Shown in pieces: positions 53,478 to 61,079 of a stretch of DNA of 64,000 nt. The number at the start of each line of letters is the position of its first letter. Within the stretch, counting starts at the first letter, position 1. The stretch covers positions 99,424 through 163,423 of the forward strand of contig CAYHCB010000001.1 in NCBI GenBank assembly GCA_964355275.1, in the 5' to 3' direction. The position numbers and the translations under genes are program-made. This DNA comes from an uncultured Gammaproteobacteria bacterium (GTDB taxonomy: Bacteria > Patescibacteriota > Patescibacteriia > Patescibacteriales > UBA12465). Below the pieces are notes generated by a model. The model made no database searches, had not been told where the DNA came from, and worked only from the letters and a program-made list of their open reading frames with translations.

Positions 53478-54620
53478 CTAATAATCCTCGCTATAAGGAA
53501 ACTCCTCCAATAAATCACCAGAATAATAGAATTCATAAGCCAAGGAACCAAATACATACTCATCTTTAGCTACTGTAATTTTTGAACCTCCTACCTGAGG
53601 ATTATCTTTTGGTTTAGAATTTTTGAAGCCAACATTAAATAAGGTGGCCACAATTTCTGGTCGATAAGCTATATCATACCCCGCTTTCTGCCACTGAGTG
53701 ATTGCCTGCTTAATAATAACTCCACCATATAAATAAGAATAGTAATGATTTTTACCATCGGTTAACTTGTCATATCTTTCTTTATTAGGGTCGCTGGTAT
53801 TAAAATTTAAAATATTTTCGTAATCACTGCCCAAATAAAAATTAGAATTTTTATCCTTTAAATTTTGCTCGGCTAAAATAGCGGTGGCCTCCTTAATTGA
53901 CATTACCCCCCAAGCCATCTTATTGGCGCTGGCTAAGATTTTAAGTGGCTTAAAAACTTGTTCAAATAACTCTCGTTGCGTATAGTAAAGTCTTAATTGT
54001 TCGACAATCGCCACTGATAAAAGAAGACGTGGCGAAATATTTAATTCTTTACCCACTCTATTTAAATAATCGCGATCTTTAATCACAGCCTGACGAATAA
54101 TTTGCCAAGGTTCTTCGGTTTGCCAAATAAAAACATTGGCATGTTTAGGATTTTTCAAACTTTCTTCAAGCCAATTAATATCAATTTCAGGAATATTTTC
54201 CAAGTCGCATAAGGCTAATCTGTCACTAAGAGAACTTCTGTCCTGGAGTCTTAATTTAAGAGCCAGAATCATCCTTTCTGCCAGTTCATAAGATTTATCT
54301 TTTTTATATACTGCTAAAATATTAGACACATTAAAATCAGCGTAGTCTGACAAAACATACAAGCGACAATATATTTTTAAATCATTAGTTTTTTGTATAT
54401 CTTGATTTACTGGCAAAAAAACTAACTCAGTTCTACGAGCAGCCAAACTACTTTCTAAAGAATTATAAAAACCAGCATTTTCATCGATATCACCGGCCAC
54501 TTTAGTTAAATTAAAACGAACCGCTAAAAAACCAAACAATAAAATTAAGAAAAAAGACAAAGCTAAAAAACCAAATAACTTAAGGATTATAAAGGCTATT
54601 TTTTTTATAATTTGGTTCAT
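53478..54620 (-). CDS. membrane-anchored protein of unknown function (possible divergent lytic-transglycosylase-like fold)
   Basis: N-terminal TM. The segment LSVAIVEQLRLY...AWGVMSIKEATA faintly resembles the SLT E...GLMQI pattern (weak, by eye). Confidence 0.5.
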   Translation of the reverse strand: MNQIIKKIAFIILKLFGFLALSFFLILLFGFLAVRFNLTKVAGDIDENAGFYNSLESSLAARRTELVFLPVNQDIQKTNDLKIYCRLYVLSDYADFNVSNILAVYKKDKSYELAERMILALKLRLQDRSSLSDRLALCDLENIPEIDINWLEESLKNPKHANVFIWQTEEPWQIIRQAVIKDRDYLNRVGKELNISPRLLLSVAIVEQLRLYYTQRELFEQVFKPLKILASANKMAWGVMSIKEATAILAEQNLKDKNSNFYLGSDYENILNFNTSDPNKERYDKLTDGKNHYYSYLYGGVIIKQAITQWQKAGYDIAYRPEIVATLFNVGFKNSKPKDNPQVGGSKITVAKDEYVFGSLAYEFYYSGDLLEEFPYSEDY

Positions 54621-54691
54621 TTTATTTATAATAAATTCAGGTGTTTTATTTTATAATTTAATTTATTTAAATTAACTAATAAATAAATTTT

Positions 54692-55366
54692 ATGAAAATT
54701 CTGATAATTGAAGATGAAATTAGTATTGCTAATTTTATTAAAGCTAGCTTAGAAAGTCAACTTTATATTGTTGATATTGCCAGAGATGGTGAAAGTGGCG
54801 CCTTGCTGGGAAGAACTGGTAATTACGATATAATAATTTTAGATTATCTTTTGCCTAAAAAAAATGGCATGGAAATAATTAAAGAAATAAGACGAGATAA
54901 AAAAACGCCAATTATTATGCTTACCGTTTGTGGAGATTTTAATTGCAAAGAACAAGCATTTAATTCTGGGGCTGATGATTTTTTAACTAAACCTTTTTTG
55001 TTAGATGAATTATTTTTAAGACTAAAAGCGTTAATGCGTCGACCGCCACAAACTATTTCTGAGATACTACGGGTCGAAACATTAATAATTGATTTTAAGA
55101 AACAAACAGTAAAAAGACAAGGGCGAATAATTAATTTAACAAAGAAAGAATATGCTATTTTAGAATATTTAGGCAGACATCGTGGTGAAATAAAATCACG
55201 AGAAACGATAATGGAAGGAGTCTGGGACATTAATTCTGATCCATTTTCCAACACCTTAGATACTCATATTGTTAACTTACGTCATAAAATAAAAAAAAAT
55301 AATGAATGTGAGCTAATACATACTTTCGCCGGTCGTGGCTATAAATTAGATTCTAAGAAATTTTAG
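54692..55366 (+). CDS. OmpR/PhoB-family response regulator (no adjacent histidine kinase)
   Basis: Receiver residues ED...D (IILDYLLP)...T...K, and a C-terminal winged-helix (LTKKEYAILEYL, GRGYKL). Confidence 0.9.
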   Translation: MKILIIEDEISIANFIKASLESQLYIVDIARDGESGALLGRTGNYDIIILDYLLPKKNGMEIIKEIRRDKKTPIIMLTVCGDFNCKEQAFNSGADDFLTKPFLLDELFLRLKALMRRPPQTISEILRVETLIIDFKKQTVKRQGRIINLTKKEYAILEYLGRHRGEIKSRETIMEGVWDINSDPFSNTLDTHIVNLRHKIKKNNECELIHTFAGRGYKLDSKKF

Positions 55367-56878
55367 CATTTCTTCAAATTGAATTCTGTTATTAGATAAT
55401 CTTGGTACCTTATTTTGACCACCTAATTTATTCTTATAGCTCAACCAATTATAAAATAACCCAGGCGTTGCTATAATTATTTCTGGAGCACCTAAAGTAA
55501 TATCTTTATACCTCTTAGCTTCATAATCAGAATTTAAACTTTTTAAAGCATCATCTAGAGCATTTTTAAATTGTAGTAAATCATCGGGTTCATGTTCAAA
55601 TTCTATTAACCACTGATGGCGTCCTTTTTCAGACTCAGTCATAAATACTGGGGCTGCACTATACTCTTTTACTAAAGCGCCAGTAATTTCACAGGCCTTA
55701 ATAATCGCTCGATCAGCATTATCAACCATTAACTCTTCTCCAAAAACATTAATAAAGTGTTTAGTCCGACCAGAAATTTTAAAGTAATAAGGTTTTAAAC
55801 CGGTAAAACAAATCGTATCGCCAATAAGATAACGCCATAGACCAGCACTACTAGAAATAACTAAAGCGTAATTACAATTAAGTTCCACCTCTGACAGAAT
55901 ACAAGAATTAGGTTCTGGTTTTTCCAGCTCTTCAAGAGGAATAAATTCATAAAAAATACCATAATCTAACATCAGCAACATATCATCACGATCGCCGTCA
56001 CCACCAATACCAAAAAAACCTTCCGAAGCATTATAGATATCTATGAAATTCATATCAGGACCGCAGATACTTTTATACTGCTGGCTATAAGGACCAAAAG
56101 CCACTCCGCCATGCATAAATAATTCCAGATTAGGCCATAGCTCCCTAATATTTAAAACACCAGTTTCACTTAAAATATTTCTAAGTAATACAAGCATCCA
56201 TGATGGCACCCCCGCTAGAGCTACCACATTTTCACTTTTAGAAGTTTTTATTATTTCTTTTAATTTACTTTCCCATTCATCCATTAAAGCTATTGGTAAT
56301 TCTGGTATTCTTACAAACTGAGCCCAAAATGGTAAATTATCTATTAAGATAGCCGATAAATCGCCACAGTAATTATTAGGATTAAGTTCGTCTTGGCGCT
56401 TTGAACCACCTAAACTTAAAGTTTTACCAATAAATAATTTCGTTTCTGGATGTTTATTAACATAAAGCGCCACTACATCTTTGCCGCCACGATAATGACA
56501 TTCTTCTAAACAGTCATCAGTCACGGGAATAAATTTACTTTTATCACTAGTTGTTCCTGATGATTTAGCAAACCACTTAATAATGCCCGGCCAAAGAACG
56601 CCCGCCTCTCCTTGACGCGCTCTATCAATCCAAGGTTTTAAATCATCGTAAGATGAAAGAGGAATATTTAATTTAAAAAGATTAAGAGCTTCAGAAAAAT
56701 CTTTAGTTGAAATTATTTCCTTGAAATTATGCTCTCTTCCCCACGCTGTATCAGCTGCTTTATCAACTAGATAATAAAACATTTCCTTTTGCACCTCTTC
56801 GGGGTATTTTTTAAATAATTCAATATCAGATAGGCGCCTAATAAAAGGAAATGATATAATAGAGTTAAGTAATGACAT
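55346..56878 (-). CDS. GH3 family (acyl-acid amido synthetase-like, adenylate-forming) protein
   Basis: WFAKSSGTTSDKSKFIPVT, CHYRGGKD and the overall GH3 N-terminal pattern. Its 3' end overlaps the response-regulator gene by 21 nt. Confidence 0.85.
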   Translation of the reverse strand: MSLLNSIISFPFIRRLSDIELFKKYPEEVQKEMFYYLVDKAADTAWGREHNFKEIISTKDFSEALNLFKLNIPLSSYDDLKPWIDRARQGEAGVLWPGIIKWFAKSSGTTSDKSKFIPVTDDCLEECHYRGGKDVVALYVNKHPETKLFIGKTLSLGGSKRQDELNPNNYCGDLSAILIDNLPFWAQFVRIPELPIALMDEWESKLKEIIKTSKSENVVALAGVPSWMLVLLRNILSETGVLNIRELWPNLELFMHGGVAFGPYSQQYKSICGPDMNFIDIYNASEGFFGIGGDGDRDDMLLMLDYGIFYEFIPLEELEKPEPNSCILSEVELNCNYALVISSSAGLWRYLIGDTICFTGLKPYYFKISGRTKHFINVFGEELMVDNADRAIIKACEITGALVKEYSAAPVFMTESEKGRHQWLIEFEHEPDDLLQFKNALDDALKSLNSDYEAKRYKDITLGAPEIIIATPGLFYNWLSYKNKLGGQNKVPRLSNNRIQFEEMLKFLRI

Positions 56879-56921
56879 AAAATATAACTAGTTAAAAATG
56901 TGTAAATATCGTATCATATAT

Positions 56922-56961
56922 AAAAAAATAAGGCATCTTCTATAAAAAATAGGGCATCTTC
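56922..56961. repeat. tandem direct repeat, 21-bp period (AAAAAATA[A/G]GGCATCTTC x2)
   Basis: 56923-56940 versus 56944-56961 are identical at 17 of 18 positions. The second copy ends 1 nt before a -35 box. Confidence 0.7.
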
Positions 56962-56962
56962 C

Positions 56963-56991
56963 TTGCTCAAATCATAAAATATCCATATTAT
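56963..56991 (+). promoter_or_regulatory. putative promoter of the ABC-F gene
   Basis: TTGCTC (56963-56968), 17-nt spacer, TATTAT (56986-56991). Confidence 0.45.
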
Positions 56992-57021
56992 TATAAAGAC
57001 TACAATTAAATTCAATAAAAA

Positions 57022-58761
57022 ATGGCGCCACTCCTTCAGGTTAATAATTTACAAAAAGAATACGGCGGAAAAATTATTTTTTCCGGGCTGTCTTTTAGTG
57101 TTGAGGCTAAACAAAAAATCGGAGTAATCGGTCGAAATGGGGCTGGCAAATCGACTCTTTTTAAAATAATTTTAGATAAAGAAAAAGCCGATGACGGAGA
57201 AGTTATAATAGGCAAAAATGTTATAATCGGCAGCATTGAACAAGAGAGCGATTTTTTAGAAAATGAATTGGCTATAGATTATTTAAAAAGAAAAAGTAAA
57301 CGAGAAGATTGGCAGTGTCAAAAAGTCTCCAATCAGTTTAGATTCACTTTAGAGCAACTAGAAAAACCGGTAAGCGAGTTGTCTGGTGGTTGGCAAATGC
57401 GTTTAAAACTAAGTGCGATGCTACTACTTGAACCAACTCTTTTTTTACTTGATGAACCAACTAATTATTTAGATTTAGGAACAATTTTATTATTAGAAGA
57501 TTTTTTAAAAAGTTACCGGGGTGCTTTTTTGGTAATCTCCCATGATCGTCAATTTCTAAAAAATACCTGCACAGAGACCATAGAAATAACCTCACATCGT
57601 TGTATTTCTTTTCCTCAAGGAATTGAGACTTATTTAGCCTTCAAAGAACAACGAGCAATAAGCGATCAAAATCTTAATAAAAAAATTGATCGTGAACAAA
57701 AACATCTCCAAAAATTTGTAGACCGTTTTCGTTATAAAGATTCTAAAGCTAAGCAAGCCCAGGCCTTCATTAAAAAAATAGATAAAATGGAGGTTCATAA
57801 AATAAGTATTGAGCATAACTCCAGTACCGTGCGAATCATGATGCCCGATATTGTAAAACTTAAAAAAACTATTTTAAATGTGGATAATTTAAGTATTGGT
57901 TATAACAATAAGGCGCTAGTCTCTGATTTAGACTTTATCGTAAAAGGAGGAGAAAGAATTATTATTGTTGGCGATAACGGACAAGGAAAAACCACTTTAC
58001 TACGCACTCTTACCGAAGAATTACCAGTAATCTCGGGTAGCTTCTCTTGGTTTACGGGACTAAAGAAAGGCTACTACGGGCAACAATCTACTTTAAATTT
58101 AAATCAAGATGAACAAGTTGGTGAATATTTACGCCGCTTGGCTAGTAACGACTTAAAAACGGAAAAGGTTTTGCAAATGGCTGGAGATTTTTTATTTCGT
58201 GATGAAGATTTAAAAAAATCTCTAGGAGTTTTAAGTGGTGGAGAAAAATCTCGTTTAATTTTAGCCGGCCTACTGCTTTCTAAACCAGATATTTTAATAT
58301 TAGACGAACCGAGTAATCATCTTGATTTTGAAACAGTAGAATCTTTAGGTTTGGCTCTACAAAACTATAATGGCGTTTTACTATTTACGAGTCACGACCG
58401 AACTTTCGCTAATTTAGTAACCACCGGAATAATTGAAGTAAATAATGGACGCTCTAAGCGCTACTATCATGGTTACGAAGATTATATTATTCAACTAGAA
58501 AAAAGATTGGGTCTAAGCATGCTAATTGAAAAATATAGCCAAATAGAAAGTCCTAATTTAATTTATCAAGAAAATAAAGATCGTCAAAAAAAACTTAAAA
58601 GTTTAGAAAATAAATTAATAAAATTAGAAAAACAACAAGAAGATATTTTTAAGTATTTTGTTGACCACCCCATTAATTATGATTCTGAAAAAATCACCGA
58701 ATTAGAGGAAGTAAAAAAATTAATAAAAGAAACTGAAGCTCAGTGGTTAGAACTTGCCTAA
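57022..58761 (+). CDS. ABC-F family ATPase (two ABC domains, no TM domain)
   Basis: Walker A GRNGAGKST and GDNGQGKTT, signatures LSGGWQ and LSGGEK, a linker and a C-terminal coiled coil. Confidence 0.92.
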   Translation: MAPLLQVNNLQKEYGGKIIFSGLSFSVEAKQKIGVIGRNGAGKSTLFKIILDKEKADDGEVIIGKNVIIGSIEQESDFLENELAIDYLKRKSKREDWQCQKVSNQFRFTLEQLEKPVSELSGGWQMRLKLSAMLLLEPTLFLLDEPTNYLDLGTILLLEDFLKSYRGAFLVISHDRQFLKNTCTETIEITSHRCISFPQGIETYLAFKEQRAISDQNLNKKIDREQKHLQKFVDRFRYKDSKAKQAQAFIKKIDKMEVHKISIEHNSSTVRIMMPDIVKLKKTILNVDNLSIGYNNKALVSDLDFIVKGGERIIIVGDNGQGKTTLLRTLTEELPVISGSFSWFTGLKKGYYGQQSTLNLNQDEQVGEYLRRLASNDLKTEKVLQMAGDFLFRDEDLKKSLGVLSGGEKSRLILAGLLLSKPDILILDEPSNHLDFETVESLGLALQNYNGVLLFTSHDRTFANLVTTGIIEVNNGRSKRYYHGYEDYIIQLEKRLGLSMLIEKYSQIESPNLIYQENKDRQKKLKSLENKLIKLEKQQEDIFKYFVDHPINYDSEKITELEEVKKLIKETEAQWLELA

Positions 58762-58762
58762 T

Positions 58763-58792
58763 AAAAAATCTCGAATTAAATCGAGATTTTTT
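58763..58792. terminator. bidirectional terminator (ABC-F / rarA convergent)
   Basis: AATCTCGA / TCGAGATT stem flanked by A6 and T6. Overlaps the rarA stop codon. Confidence 0.8.
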
Positions 58793-59963
58793 ATATAAAT
58801 TTTTTATTCTTTAACTCCTTGGGTAAATACTCCTGAGAACCAGAATCTTCTAGCGGCGTATATTTATAACCTTTACCATAATTTAAATCTTTCATTAATT
58901 TTGTTGGCGCATTCCTAATGTGAAGTGGTACTGGTAAATTGCCGCTTGTCTCTATTTCTGATTTAACTAAGTTATAAGCCTGATAAGCGGCAATGCTTTT
59001 AACTGATTTAGCTAAATAAGCGACACAATGAGCTAGATTAACGCCACACTCGGGCATGCCAATTTTAGAACAGGCGTCATAAGTAGCATTTGCTAACAAC
59101 AAAGCACTATTATTAGCTAGACCAACATCTTCAGAAGCAAAACGGATTAAGCGACGAGCAATATATAAAGGGTCTTCCCCGGCCTCAAGCATTCTAACTA
59201 ACCAATAAATTGCTGCACCAGCATCTCCACCGCGCATAGATTTGTGTAATGCGGAAATAATATTATAGTGCTCCTCACCATTTTTATCATACAATAAATT
59301 TGGTTTATTAATTATTTGTTTAACTAAGTCAATATTTAACAAGCGACCATCGGCCCCAACACTTTCTAAAATATTTAAAGCCTTACGAGCGTCACCATTA
59401 GCTAATCTGGCAATTAAACCCCAAACATCTTTTTTTGCTTTAAGACCTAAAAACTTAGCGGCTCGAGTAATTAACAAACTTAAATCTGTTTCAGATAAAG
59501 CCTCTAAAACGACTACTTTAACTCTTGATAGTAAAGCGCCGTTAACCGCGAAACTAGGATTTTCAGTGGTAGCGCCAATTAAAATTATTGTTCCGTTTTC
59601 TACTTGAGGCAGTAAAGCGTCTTGCTGAGCTTTATTCCAACGATGAATTTCGTCAATAAACAAAATAGTTTTAGTCCCTAATCTTTTAGATTGACGGGCT
59701 CGATTAACTATCACCATTAAATCTTTTTTACCATTTTCGGTGGCCGATATTTCTACAAATTCCGCTTTAGTTTCTTTGGCAATAATAAGAGCCAGGGTTG
59801 TCTTGCCACTGCCTGGCGGACCCCAAAATAAGAGAGATGGCACCTGATCACTTTTTATAGCTTTATATAACCAAGCATCAGGACCAATAATTTGTTCTTG
59901 GCCGACAAAATCCGTCAAAGTTTTGGGACGAAAAAAAGCGGCTAGAGGTAAGTTATTTTCCAT
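58791..59963 (-). CDS. rarA: replication-associated recombination protein A (AAA+)
   Basis: GPPGSGKTTLA, IDEIHRWNKAQQDALLP, MgsA C-terminal motifs (HYNIISALHKSMRG). Confidence 0.93.
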   Translation of the reverse strand: MENNLPLAAFFRPKTLTDFVGQEQIIGPDAWLYKAIKSDQVPSLLFWGPPGSGKTTLALIIAKETKAEFVEISATENGKKDLMVIVNRARQSKRLGTKTILFIDEIHRWNKAQQDALLPQVENGTIILIGATTENPSFAVNGALLSRVKVVVLEALSETDLSLLITRAAKFLGLKAKKDVWGLIARLANGDARKALNILESVGADGRLLNIDLVKQIINKPNLLYDKNGEEHYNIISALHKSMRGGDAGAAIYWLVRMLEAGEDPLYIARRLIRFASEDVGLANNSALLLANATYDACSKIGMPECGVNLAHCVAYLAKSVKSIAAYQAYNLVKSEIETSGNLPVPLHIRNAPTKLMKDLNYGKGYKYTPLEDSGSQEYLPKELKNKKFI

Positions 59964-60008
59964 AATAATAATTTATAACTTCTATTTATTTTTGTATATA
60001 AAAATTAT

Positions 60009-60470
60009 TTAATATAAAATAGGATTTTTTTGACGATGTTTTATAATTTTTCTTATAGTTATAGCAAGAGAGACTAAAAATAAAAAAAATAAAATTGGTA
60101 AAGTCCAGATTAAGGATTTATCTATACCAGATAATAAGAGTCCACCAACTACTTGTAAAATAAATAAAAATGACAAAGACAATTCTTTGGCTTTATGCCA
60201 TTGATCTTTTAAGGCAGAACCTTCTTGATGATTAATTTTAAAATAAGGAAAAAATAAAAACATCAAATAGACAGCAGAAAGTATTACGGGCCAAATATAA
60301 ATAAGGAAGTTCCAGGAAATAGTTTTAATAGGTTCGCCTAGATCACTCCAACTAATTACTATAATATCAGGAAACTTAGAACGAAAATAAAAAGCAGCAA
60401 ATATTGATAAAATAAGATTAAAAACGGGAAACATTTCGGTTTTAAAATTTGGTGCAGTGGGATTTTTCAT
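60009..60470 (-). CDS. 4-TM membrane protein of unknown function
   Basis: 153 aa, four hydrophobic helices, no motif recognised. Confidence 0.55.
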   Translation of the reverse strand: MKNPTAPNFKTEMFPVFNLILSIFAAFYFRSKFPDIIVISWSDLGEPIKTISWNFLIYIWPVILSAVYLMFLFFPYFKINHQEGSALKDQWHKAKELSLSFLFILQVVGGLLLSGIDKSLIWTLPILFFLFLVSLAITIRKIIKHRQKNPILY

Positions 60471-60612
60471 ATCAAAAATATTATATTTATATTGAATAAG
60501 ATTAACAAATAATCACCTAATTGTAAATAAAAATAAGACTTCTTAAATCTTGTATAATCATCAAAAAAGGACTATAATTAGGTATAAAATTAGCAATAAT
60601 TAAATCAAAAAT

Positions 60613-61017
60613 ATGAAATTCAAATACAAAAAAATACTAACAATCGCCATTGGACTAATTATCATTATTATCGCTATTACTTTAGTAGCCACTAAATCAG
60701 CTGGTAAAACTACTAAGCCAAATAAAGATTCTGATATCACTATAGAAAATGGATTTCAGATAATCCGCATGACTGAGTCTGCCAGTGGATACACTCCTAA
60801 TCTATTTACTGTAAAAAATGGGGTTCCCGTCCGTTGGGAAATCGAAGCTACCGCCGATAGAACTTGCGCTAGCGCACTAATAGTTCCCAGTTATAAAATT
60901 CGTGAATTTCTAAAACCGGGGAAAAATGTCATTGAGTTTACGCCAAATAAAACTGGGCAAATTCCTTTTTCTTGTTCAATGAGAATGTACACCGGAATGT
61001 TTAATGTAATAGAATAA
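60613..61017 (+). CDS. membrane-anchored cupredoxin-like (putative copper-binding) protein
   Basis: N-terminal TM, then a ~90-aa beta domain with conserved Cys/Met (TCASAL, FSCSMRMYTGM), as in cupredoxin_1-type proteins found beside copA genes. Confidence 0.65.
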   Translation: MKFKYKKILTIAIGLIIIIIAITLVATKSAGKTTKPNKDSDITIENGFQIIRMTESASGYTPNLFTVKNGVPVRWEIEATADRTCASALIVPSYKIREFLKPGKNVIEFTPNKTGQIPFSCSMRMYTGMFNVIE

Positions 61018-61025
61018 TATCTAAA

Positions 61026-61066
61026 ATAAAAATAGTCTATCTTAATAAAAAGAAAGACTATTTTTT
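61026..61066. terminator. bidirectional terminator (cupredoxin-like gene / copA convergent)
   Basis: AATAGTCT / AGACTATT stem flanked by an A-run and T6. Confidence 0.75.
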
Positions 61067-61079
61067 ATAAAAAATACAA

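Noticed and set aside
41551-57816. ORFs 41551..41757, 43725..43919, 44809..45012, 45613..45810, 52028..52228 (+), 54844..55254, 57036..57236 and 57634..57816 (-)
   Set aside because: They are antisense to mraZ, cysS, the Gmad2-like gene, folC, typA, the response regulator and the ABC-F gene. All are shadow ORFs.
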